Origin: an uncultured Gemmatimonadales bacterium
Lineage (GTDB): Bacteria > Gemmatimonadota > Gemmatimonadetes > Gemmatimonadales > GWC2-71-9
Assembly: GCA_963795085.1 (NCBI GenBank)
Contig: CAWCFX010000001.1
Span: 1,024,001 to 1,088,000, forward strand
DNA: 64,000 nucleotides
Reading direction: 5' to 3'
The notes under the pieces were generated by a model, which was not told the DNA's origin, searched no databases, and was given only the letters and a program-made list of their open reading frames with translations. Both the position numbers and the translations under genes were made by a program. Positions 39,377 to 48,086 of the stretch are shown one piece after another. Numbering within the stretch: position 1 is the stretch's first letter; each line of letters opens with the position of its first letter.

Positions 39377-41005
39377 ATGCCAGGACCGCACATCGCTACC
39401 ACCGTCCCGAAGGAACCGGTCTCCGATAGCCTAGCCTCGGTGGGTGGCGATTCCCCGCTTCGGGACGCCGTTCCTGCCCCCAGAGCCGCCGCTGACAACC
39501 GCACCTCGGACACCCCCCTCGAAGTCCGGCTGGCCCTGCAGCAGCGGGCCGCAAAGAACTTCGGCCGCCACCTGTTTCGGGGCCTCCGCCGGGTGGGAGT
39601 GCTGGTGCTGGCGGACCTGGTGGCCTTCCAGCTCATGCGGTCCCTGTTCCGCGCGCTCCGCGACCATGCCGCCGTCGGCGCCGATGTAGCCGCCGTACTG
39701 CAGGACCGGCTCCCCTCCGGATACCTGGGCGGATGGCAGTTTGCCGCCGCGCTGTTCCTGGGGCTCTACGTTACCGGCAACTACAGCCACGGCGACGATC
39801 GCCGCGACCCCCGCCGCCTGTTCGCGGGGTGTGCCCTCGGCGTCGCGCTGCCGCTGTGGATGCCGCTCTGGAGCCAGGGGCCGGGCATCGTCCTTCTGCA
39901 ATACGCACTCACCGCCACCTTCGTGTGGAGCGGCATCCTGGTCGAGCGGTTGCTGATCGACCGGATCGCGGCCGCCGTGTCGAGCGGAGAACGGCGCGCC
40001 GCCCGCACCGTCTTCGTCGGCCCCGCCGCCGACTGCCGGGCCGCCGCGCGCAACCCGGCGATCGTGGAATCGGCGGATTTCCGGGTCAAGGGATTCGTGG
40101 ACGTGCATTCCCCGCCGGCCTCCGATGCGCTGGGCAGCATCATGGAGTTCCCCCGGATCCTGCATGAGACCGGGGCCGAGGTGGTGGTGGCGTGCGGGTA
40201 CCTGGGCGACCGGCAGTTCACCGAGGTGGCCGAATCGGCGCTCTCGACCGGCTGCCACCTGCTCGCGATTCCCCGGTCCATCTCGGTCGCCGGGGTGCAG
40301 CCCCAGGTGGTGTGGCGGCAGGGACATCCCCTGATGGAACTGACGACGCCGAGCCTCAAGGCCCAGCAACTGGTGGTCAAGCGGGTGGTGGACCTGGTCG
40401 GGGCCACCGCCGGGCTCCTGCTGGCCGCGCCGGTCATGATCCTCGCCGCGATCGCGATCAAGCTCGATTCGCCGGGTCCGGTGTTCTTCCGGCAGGACCG
40501 GATCGGCACCGGGGGCCTGCCGTTCAAGGTGTGGAAGTTCCGCACCATGCAAACCGGCGCCTCCGAGGATGTCCACCGGGAGCTGGTGACCCGGATGCTG
40601 GTGGGCGAGGAACTGGGCACCGCGCACATGGGAGTGGACGGCAAACCGGTGTACAAGCTGGTGAACGACAGCCGGGTCACCCGGACCGGCAAGCTGCTGC
40701 GGCGGACCTCGCTCGACGAGCTGCCCCAGTTGTTCAACGTGCTCGCCGGGGACATGAGCCTGGTGGGCCCCCGGCCGCCGGTGTCCTACGAGTTCGAAGC
40801 GTACGATCACTGGCAGTATGACCGGCTCCAGGTGCGCCCGGGCATTACCGGCCTGTGGCAGGTCTCCGGGCGCAACCTGCTCACCTACCGCCAGATGTGC
40901 GAACTGGACGTGCAGTACGTGCGGGACTGGTCGCTGTTCCTGGATTTCAAGATCCTCCTGAAAACGATTCCCGTGGTGCTGTTCAACTCGGGGAAGGCCG
41001 CCTAG
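39377..41005 (+). CDS. Priming polyprenyl-phosphate sugar transferase (WcaJ/WbaP-like)
   Basis: N-terminal TM helices, KRVVD, KFRTM, RRTSLDELPQLFNVL.GDMSLVGPRP, PGITGLWQVSGR. Confidence 0.92.
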   Translation: MPGPHIATTVPKEPVSDSLASVGGDSPLRDAVPAPRAAADNRTSDTPLEVRLALQQRAAKNFGRHLFRGLRRVGVLVLADLVAFQLMRSLFRALRDHAAVGADVAAVLQDRLPSGYLGGWQFAAALFLGLYVTGNYSHGDDRRDPRRLFAGCALGVALPLWMPLWSQGPGIVLLQYALTATFVWSGILVERLLIDRIAAAVSSGERRAARTVFVGPAADCRAAARNPAIVESADFRVKGFVDVHSPPASDALGSIMEFPRILHETGAEVVVACGYLGDRQFTEVAESALSTGCHLLAIPRSISVAGVQPQVVWRQGHPLMELTTPSLKAQQLVVKRVVDLVGATAGLLLAAPVMILAAIAIKLDSPGPVFFRQDRIGTGGLPFKVWKFRTMQTGASEDVHRELVTRMLVGEELGTAHMGVDGKPVYKLVNDSRVTRTGKLLRRTSLDELPQLFNVLAGDMSLVGPRPPVSYEFEAYDHWQYDRLQVRPGITGLWQVSGRNLLTYRQMCELDVQYVRDWSLFLDFKILLKTIPVVLFNSGKAA

Positions 41006-41074
41006 GGAGCAGGGCAGCACGACAGGGCGGCAGTTAGGTTCGGGTCACTCATCTCTTCCATTCGGAGTCCGGCT

Positions 41075-42121
41075 TTGAGCCCAGTGCGGGTAGGCGTGAT
41101 CGGGTGCGGGTACTGGGGACCCAACCTCATTCGGAACTTTGCGCGGCATCCGCTGTCCCAGGTGCACGCGGTGTGCGATAATCGCTACGAGCGGGCCACC
41201 CGGGTGGGAGCCGAATACCGGGTGCCCACGATTACCGACCGCGCGGAGGAGGTGCTCAAGGCGCCGGACATCGACCTGGTCGTCATTGCCACGCCGTCGT
41301 TCACCCACTTCGAGCTGGCCAAGGCGGCGATCCTGGCCGGGAAGCACGTGCTGGTCATGAAGCCGCTGACCACCCGGGTCGAGGACGCCGAGGAGCTGTG
41401 CCAGCTGGCGGAACGGCAGGGGACCCTGCTGGCGGTGGACCACACGTTCGTGTTCACCGGCGCGGTCCGCAAGATGAAAGAGCTGATCGCCGGGGGCGAA
41501 GTCGGCGAGCTCTACTATTTCGATTCGGTCCGCATCAATCTCGGCCTGATCCAGACCGACATCAACGTCATCTGGGACCTGGCCCCCCACGACGTGTCCA
41601 TCATGGACTTCCTGATCGGCGAGGAGGCGACCGAGGTCTCCGCGACCGGGGCCTGCCACGGGGGCAGCCCGACCGAGAACATCGCGTACGTCAACGTGCA
41701 CTTCGGGGATTCTCTCCTGGGTCATATCCACGTGAACTGGCTGGCGCCCGCCAAGGTGCGGCGGACCATCGTGGGCGGCTCCAAGCGGATGATGATCTAC
41801 GACGACATGGAGCCCAGCGAGAAGCTCAAGGTGTACGACAAGGGGGTGCTGATCTCGCAGGGCACCTCGCCGGAGACCGAATATGAGTGGATGATTTCCT
41901 ACCGTTCCGGCGACATGCATTCCCCGCAGCTGGAGACCCGGGAGGCGCTGGCCGCCGAGACCGACAACATCATCCAGGCGGTCAAGGGCAAGGAGCCGCT
42001 GGTGGTGGACGGCGTGGCCGGCTGGCGGGTGGTCCGGATTCTCGATGCGGCGCAGCAGTCCATGAACCAGCAGGGGGCCCGGATCCGGGTCAGCCCGGCC
42101 CGGGCCGCCCACCCCCGGTGA
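41075..42121 (+). CDS. Gfo/Idh/MocA oxidoreductase (WbpB-like candidate)
   Basis: GCGYWGPN, ATPSFTH, GKHVLVMKP, WDLAPHD. Confidence 0.85.
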   Translation: MSPVRVGVIGCGYWGPNLIRNFARHPLSQVHAVCDNRYERATRVGAEYRVPTITDRAEEVLKAPDIDLVVIATPSFTHFELAKAAILAGKHVLVMKPLTTRVEDAEELCQLAERQGTLLAVDHTFVFTGAVRKMKELIAGGEVGELYYFDSVRINLGLIQTDINVIWDLAPHDVSIMDFLIGEEATEVSATGACHGGSPTENIAYVNVHFGDSLLGHIHVNWLAPAKVRRTIVGGSKRMMIYDDMEPSEKLKVYDKGVLISQGTSPETEYEWMISYRSGDMHSPQLETREALAAETDNIIQAVKGKEPLVVDGVAGWRVVRILDAAQQSMNQQGARIRVSPARAAHPR

Positions 42122-42141
42122 CGCCCGCCGAGCAGGATACC

Positions 42142-42618
42142 ATGCTCCGCCGGGTCGCCCCCGATGTGAAGCTGGGGCGCGGCGTCCGGATGTATGCCTT
42201 CGTGAATCTCTATGGGTGCGAGATCGGCGACGAGACGTCGATCGGCACCTTTGTGGAGATTCAGAAGGGGGTACGGATCGGGGCCCGCTGCAAGATCCAG
42301 AGCCATACGTTCATCTGCGAGGGCGTCACGATCGAAGACGAGGTCTTCGTGGGTCATAACGTGAACTTCATCAACGATCTCAATCCCCGCGCCACCAATC
42401 CCGACGGCAGCCGCCAGGGCGACGCGGACTGGCAGGTCGTCCCCACGGTGGTCCGGCGGCGAGCCTCCATCGGCACCGGCGCCGTGCTGCTCGGCGGCGT
42501 CACGATTGGCGAAGGCGCCGTGGTCGGGGCCGGGGCGGTCGTCACCAGGGACGTGCCCCCCGGCGCCACCGTCATGGGAAACCCCGCCCGCCTCTCGCCG
42601 GGCCGAACCGCGCGTTGA
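42142..42618 (+). CDS. Hexapeptide-repeat N-acyltransferase (WbpD-like)
   Basis: NLYGCEIG, KIQSHTFICEGVTIED, FIND..PRA, GAGAVVTRDVP, GNPAR; alternative start GTG 42118. Confidence 0.88.
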   Translation: MLRRVAPDVKLGRGVRMYAFVNLYGCEIGDETSIGTFVEIQKGVRIGARCKIQSHTFICEGVTIEDEVFVGHNVNFINDLNPRATNPDGSRQGDADWQVVPTVVRRRASIGTGAVLLGGVTIGEGAVVGAGAVVTRDVPPGATVMGNPARLSPGRTAR

Positions 42619-44126
42619 GGCCTCCGGTCCTCGCCGTCCTGCCGCTCGCCGCGGCAGCGCTGTTCGCCGGGTGTGCCGACCGGATCGCCCCCGATCTCTC
42701 CTCGTTCGACATTGACCCCGATTCCGCCGTTCATTTCCCGGTCGTCGGCGACACCATCCAGCTCCGCGTTCTCACGGCAGGCGAGAACGGCGAGGCGGTG
42801 CTCCCCGAGGGTGTCGAGTACCTGGTACGGGACACCCTGGTCGCCCGGGTGGACCGGCTGGGCCGGGTGGCCAGCGCCGGGGACGGGCATACCTGGGCGG
42901 TCGCGCGATGGGAGGGCCTGGCCGACAGCGTACAGATCTCGGTGCGCCAGGCCCGGGATTCGCTGGTGCTCACCCTGCCGATCGCCACATTGATCGTCTC
43001 CCTTGCTCCCGACGCGCCGCTGCCGGTCAGCTGCCGCGCCTTCGACGCGGCCGGCGCGCGCCTGGCGCACCAGGCCAGCGTCGTCAGCATGACGGGGCGC
43101 ATCGAGGGAACCGCCTGCGGCGCGCTGGTCGCCCGGGCCTCGGGCCACGATACGCTCGTGGTGACGGCAGGGCCCTATCGAGCCAGCCTCCCCGTCGTCA
43201 TCGCCCTTCGCCCCCGGGTGCTCGGCGACCCCGCGGCGCGGTTCCCGCTGGACAGCCTGCCCGCCGGGCTTTCGCCCTGGGCGCCAACCCTGGTGCGCAA
43301 CAACCGGGGAACCCTGGACCTGTACATCGCCGGCTACCGTGAAGCCCCCTATCCGTTCGCCGGCAAGGTCGGCGATCTCCACCGCCTGAGCAGCGCCGAT
43401 GGTGCGGCGTTCCGGTACGCGGGCATCGCGCTTCGGCGCGACCCGGAACCCTGCGCGCTGCAGAGCACCGGCATCGAAAACGTGGCGATCGTTCCGAGAC
43501 AGGAGGCGGCCGGGTGGCGCATGTATTTCTCGGCCGGCAGTGATGGCTGCTACGGCTGGCAGGTCTTCTCCGCCGTGTCGGACGACGAACTCACCTGGCG
43601 CAAGGAAGCCGGCATCCGGGTTTCCAACGGCGGCGAGGCTCCGCCAGCCGACCCCGAGCTGCCGCCCTGGCCGGCCGGCGAGGGCATGCATGTGGACCGG
43701 GCGGGCGGCGAATGGCGGATGCTGGTCGGGTCTTACCTCCAGGCGATGCCGCGGGAGAACCGCTTCCAGATTACGGAGTGGCATTCGGCCGACCAGGTGG
43801 CCTGGCGCTACACCGGTGCGGTGCTCACTACGCGCGAGGTCGGTCCCGGGGCGCGGCGCTCGGTGTACAGTCCATCGGTGCAATTGATCGCCCCGGGGCT
43901 TCGCCGCATGTTCTTCTCCGGCGACGACCTGGACGTGCCCTCCGGCGGCAGCCGTATCTACACCGCGGTCAGCGTGGATGGATCCGCCTGGCAGGTAGAG
44001 GGGATTCTGCTGGACGATGGCGCCTCGCCGTACTACTACAGTACGATCGTGGACGATCTCCTGGTGTTCATCCGGGGCCGAGCCGGGGCCTTCCACCTGG
44101 CGGCCGTACGGGTGGAGCAGCGGTGA
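42615..44126 (+). CDS. Lipoprotein with Ig-like repeats and predicted five-bladed beta-propeller
   Basis: Lipobox LFAGC; Big_2-like VARVDRLGRVASAGDG; repeated S.D...W/F and P.V...WRM.F motifs in the C-terminal half. Confidence 0.7.
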   Translation: MRPPVLAVLPLAAAALFAGCADRIAPDLSSFDIDPDSAVHFPVVGDTIQLRVLTAGENGEAVLPEGVEYLVRDTLVARVDRLGRVASAGDGHTWAVARWEGLADSVQISVRQARDSLVLTLPIATLIVSLAPDAPLPVSCRAFDAAGARLAHQASVVSMTGRIEGTACGALVARASGHDTLVVTAGPYRASLPVVIALRPRVLGDPAARFPLDSLPAGLSPWAPTLVRNNRGTLDLYIAGYREAPYPFAGKVGDLHRLSSADGAAFRYAGIALRRDPEPCALQSTGIENVAIVPRQEAAGWRMYFSAGSDGCYGWQVFSAVSDDELTWRKEAGIRVSNGGEAPPADPELPPWPAGEGMHVDRAGGEWRMLVGSYLQAMPRENRFQITEWHSADQVAWRYTGAVLTTREVGPGARRSVYSPSVQLIAPGLRRMFFSGDDLDVPSGGSRIYTAVSVDGSAWQVEGILLDDGASPYYYSTIVDDLLVFIRGRAGAFHLAAVRVEQR

Positions 44127-45634
44127 AGGCCTGGGGGCTGGCGTTGCTCCTGGCAGGATCGGCGGCCTGTGAATCGGCTACCGGCCCGAACCGGCGGTCG
44201 CTGGCCATCACCCCCGCCGGCCCGCTCCTGCTGGAGGCCGTCGGGGACAGCGTTTCGCTCGAGGTCGTAGTCCGGAAAGGGGACTCGCTGGTGAGTCTCC
44301 CGGTCATCCTGTTCACGGCCGCGGACCCCCGGATCGTCGCGGTGAGCCGCGAGGGAGTGGTCCGCGGACTCCGCAACGGAACCACCTGGATCGTGGCCCG
44401 GGAGCGGTACGGCGCGGCGGACAGCGTCGCGGTCGCGGTGCGCCAGGCGGTGGATTCGCTGGAGGTGGCCTGGACCGACAGCTCCGCCATCTTCACCGTG
44501 CTGGGCGGGGGGCCCCTGCCGCTCACCTGCATCGCCCGCGACCGGAACGGATTCCGGATCGCCGACGCGGCGGTCCCCTCCAGCGCCCGGGGGACGGTGA
44601 CCGGTTCCACCTGCGAGACGCTGGTCGCGGTGCGCTCCGGCTTCGACATGGTCACCATTACCGCTGGCGAGAAAAGCATTACCCTCCCCCCGTTCGCGCT
44701 CGGCTTGGTGCCACAGGCCAGCTCGGCGGCCGGCGAGTTCGTCTCCCTCGACAGCTTTCCCACCGGCTACCGGATGTGGGCGCCCTCGGCCCGGGTCAAC
44801 ACGCAGGGCGCGACCGAGGTGTACCTGACGGGATACCAGCTGGTACCCGACTCAAACGGGGTGGGGCCCGGCGCGCTGCACCGGCTGGCATCTGACGATG
44901 GCGCCAGCTTCCGGTACGACGGCGTCGTGTTCGATCTTCCCCAGCCGGGCTGCGACCTGGTCTGCAGCGGGTACGAGAACATCGCCGTCATCCCCCGTGA
45001 CGATGGGCCCGGCTGGCGGATGTTTGTGGCGGCCGGCAGCACCGGGCACCTATGGCTGGCAGGTATTCTCCGCGGTGTCCACGGACGAGCGGTAACCTGG
45101 ACGATGGAACCTGGCATCCGCATCGCCAATGGGGGGCCGCTGCCACCCGCCCCGTAGGGTTTCGTGCCGTGGCCCGTCGGCGAAGGGATGGTCCTGGACC
45201 GGCTGCCCGGCGGCGAGTGGCGCATGATCGTCGGCGGATACGACCGGGTGCCCGCGCCGGTGGACCAATTCGAGATCGTGGAGTACCGCTCCGCCGACCA
45301 GCTCAACTGGAATTACGCGGGTCCCCTCGTCACCCCGGCCCTGTTGCCACCGTCGGGGCGGCGCAGCATCTACAGCCCGTCCATCGTCGAGTTCGTGCCC
45401 GGGCTCTGGCGGATGTTCGTCACCGGAGACGACCTGAACATGCCTGCGGGGCGAAGCCGGATATTTACGCTGGTGAGCCGGGACCGGACGGCATGGGAGT
45501 TCGAGACCGAACTGCTGGGCGCCCCGGGCACCAGCCTCTACTACACTGCCCTGGCGCGGGACCGGCTCTATTTTCTGCGCGAGGACGCGGGACAGGTCCG
45601 CGGACTTGCCGCGGTTACCCTGGCCATGCCCTGA
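44123..45634 (+). pseudogene. Paralog of the preceding lipoprotein, interrupted by two compensating frameshifts and an in-frame TAG
   Basis: Lipobox SAAC; shares WAP, ENIAVIP, WRMF, YGWQVFSAVS (shifted frame, about 45047-45092), PWP.GEGM, YSPS, SRIFT with the upstream gene; TAG at 45155-45157 is in frame with the downstream part. Confidence 0.7.
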
Positions 45635-45663
45635 TTCACTTCCCCTGACCTGAGCCGCCTGCC

Positions 45664-46800
45664 ATGACCGCTGATGTTTCCGGCGTACCGTTCCTTGACC
45701 TGGTTGCCCAGCACCGGCCGATCGCCGCCGAACTGGTGGAGGTGTTTCGCGCCGCCGTGGAGAAGGCGGCGTTCGTGGGCGGCGCCGAGGTGGAAGCGTT
45801 CGAGCGGGAGTTTGCCGCGTTCGTCGAGGCGCCGCAGGCGGTGGGCGTCAATAGCGGCACCGACGCGCTTCGGTTCGGCTACCAGGCCCTGGGCCTCCAG
45901 CCGGGCGACGAGGTGATCACGGTATCGCACACCTTCATTGCCACCACCGAGGCGATCACCCAGGCGGGAGGTACCGTCCGCTTCGTGGACGTGGACGAAC
46001 GGACCATGACGATGGACCCGGCCGCGCTGGAGGCGGCCATTGGTCCCCGCACGGTCGGCGTCGTCCCGGTCCACCTGTATGGCCAGCCCTGCGACATGGA
46101 CCCTATCCTCGCCATTGCCGCTCGGCACCGGCTCTGGGTCGTGGAGGACGCGGCCCAGGCCCATGGCGCCCGGTACCGGGACCGGGCGGTGGGGTCGATG
46201 GGGGCGCTCGCCGCGTGGAGCTTCTACCCGGGGAAGAACCTGGGATCCTGCGGCGAAGGCGGCGCCGTCACCGGCGGCGATGCCGCGCTGCTCGACACCT
46301 GCCGCCAGCTGCGGGAGCATGGCCAGGCCAGGAAGTACTATCACGATATCGAGGGATACAACGGCCGGCTTCACGCCATCCAGGCCGGGTTTCTCCGGGT
46401 GAAGCTGCGCCGGCTGGCGGAGTGGAACGAGGGGCGGCGGCGGGCGGCCGCGGCCTACCGGTCGGCGCTCTCCGGCATCGCCGGAATCCGGATCCCCGAG
46501 GAGGCGTCCTATGCCCGCCACGTCTATCACCTCTACGTGATCCGGGCGGAGCGGAGGGACGAACTGCAGGCGCACCTGGCGGCCCAGGGAATCGGCACCG
46601 GGCTGCACTATCCGTTACCGCTCCACTTGCAGAAGGCGTACGCCGGGCTGGGTGTACCGGCGGGCTCCCTGCCGGTGACCGAGCGGGTCGCGCAGGACAT
46701 TCTCAGCCTGCCAATGTTTCCCGAGTTGACCGACGCCCAGGTCGGGCGGGTTGCGGATGCGATCCGGAACTTCTACCGGGGGCCGAGCAGCTCGAGATAG
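45664..46800 (+). CDS. DegT/DnrJ/EryC1/StrS aminotransferase (WbpE-like candidate)
   Basis: NSGTDAL, PVHLYGQ, EDAAQAHG, SFYPGKNLG (PLP lysine), HVYHLYVIR. Confidence 0.92.
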   Translation: MTADVSGVPFLDLVAQHRPIAAELVEVFRAAVEKAAFVGGAEVEAFEREFAAFVEAPQAVGVNSGTDALRFGYQALGLQPGDEVITVSHTFIATTEAITQAGGTVRFVDVDERTMTMDPAALEAAIGPRTVGVVPVHLYGQPCDMDPILAIAARHRLWVVEDAAQAHGARYRDRAVGSMGALAAWSFYPGKNLGSCGEGGAVTGGDAALLDTCRQLREHGQARKYYHDIEGYNGRLHAIQAGFLRVKLRRLAEWNEGRRRAAAAYRSALSGIAGIRIPEEASYARHVYHLYVIRAERRDELQAHLAAQGIGTGLHYPLPLHLQKAYAGLGVPAGSLPVTERVAQDILSLPMFPELTDAQVGRVADAIRNFYRGPSSSR

Positions 46801-47969
46801 AGCGATCGGAGAGTGGCGGCGTCCCGGGCGGGATCCAGTTCGCGAAGGCTGGCGGACTGGGCCGCGCGGGCCCGGCGCACCCGCTCCTCCGGGGTCGCGG
46901 CCACGAAGGTCCCGATCGCCGCGGCGATCGCGCCGCTGGAGTTGGGCTCGAAGTACCAGGCCGTCTCGTCGGGGAAGTAGCGGAGATAGGTGGGAATGGC
47001 CGGCACGATGACCGGCAGTCCCAGGTGGATGTACTCGAGGAGCTTGGTCGAGAGGGAGAACCGGGTCATCCCGTCCAGCCGGGTGGGGACCAGCCCCGCG
47101 TCATACCCCGGCAGGAGCGCCTTCAGTTCCTGGTGCGGGACATTACCCAGGAGGCGCACCCGGGAGCCCAAGCCGGCCTGGTCAATCTGGGCGGCCAGTG
47201 CCTCTCGCGCCGGTCCATCCCCGTAGATATCGAAGGAGACATCCAGCTCCCGGGCGCGCGCGGCGGCGACCGCCGCGACGGCGAGGTCCAGCCCGTAGAG
47301 CGGCGTCAATGTTCCGTGGTACACCAGGCGCACCGGGTTCCCCAACACGCCGCGGGTCATGCGGGTTTCACCGAACTCGCCCGGGTCGGCGAAGTTGTGG
47401 ACGACGGTGATGCGTTCGGCCCGCCGGGCGGGGCGCGACGCCAGCTGGTCCGCCACCGCGTGGTTTACGGTGAGCAGCACATCGGCCTGGCGGCGGCTCC
47501 ACCGCTCCAGCAGCCGTGCGACGGGTTCGCCCACCCGGCCCTTCCACCCACGAAACCGGGAGCGGGTAAACTCGGGAAACACTTCGTGCAGGTCGAGGAT
47601 GACCCGCGCGCCGGCCCGCCGCGCGCGCCTGGTGGCCGCCACCAGGAAATCGGGAAGGGTATGCACATGATAGACTCTCGCCCCGGCGAAGCGGGCGTCC
47701 CGGCGGAGCAGCCGGCGGGCCTTCCAGAGGAACGCGAGATACTCCAGCAGGTAGTTGCCGGCCGAGCCGCGCTGCCTCTGGCCCGGCAACCGGATCACCC
47801 GGAGCGGGCCGTAGCGGCTGACCGGCCGCCCGTCCCGCCCGCCGCCGAGCACGACAATGGCCACCCGGGCGCCGGTTTCGGTCGCGATCATCGCTTCGCG
47901 GCGGGGCCGGGGATCCTCCGGAAAGGTGGTGTGGGCCAGGTGGACGATGTCGAACGTGCGGCGTGGCAA
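46773..47969 (-). CDS. Glycosyltransferase family 4
   Basis: DPRPRREA, HVHTLPDFL, LDLHEVFPE, YHGTL, STKLLEY; TTG start at 47969 with AAGG RBS. Confidence 0.82.
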   Translation of the reverse strand: MPRRTFDIVHLAHTTFPEDPRPRREAMIATETGARVAIVVLGGGRDGRPVSRYGPLRVIRLPGQRQRGSAGNYLLEYLAFLWKARRLLRRDARFAGARVYHVHTLPDFLVAATRRARRAGARVILDLHEVFPEFTRSRFRGWKGRVGEPVARLLERWSRRQADVLLTVNHAVADQLASRPARRAERITVVHNFADPGEFGETRMTRGVLGNPVRLVYHGTLTPLYGLDLAVAAVAAARARELDVSFDIYGDGPAREALAAQIDQAGLGSRVRLLGNVPHQELKALLPGYDAGLVPTRLDGMTRFSLSTKLLEYIHLGLPVIVPAIPTYLRYFPDETAWYFEPNSSGAIAAAIGTFVAATPEERVRRARAAQSASLRELDPARDAATLRSLYLELLGPR

Positions 47970-48086
47970 GTGGTTACCTTTCCGGGCTTCGAGTGGGCCA
48001 GAACCGCTAGAAAGGTGGGATACCTTGTTCCGTAAGCAAGAGGGCAGGGCGGGGGCAGGAGGATTGGGGGGGCAAGGCACCGCCTG

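Noticed and set aside
45155..45157. In-frame TAG as pyrrolysine or programmed readthrough
   Set aside because: No pyl genes are in view, and two frameshifts lie within about 110 bp, which points to error or decay.
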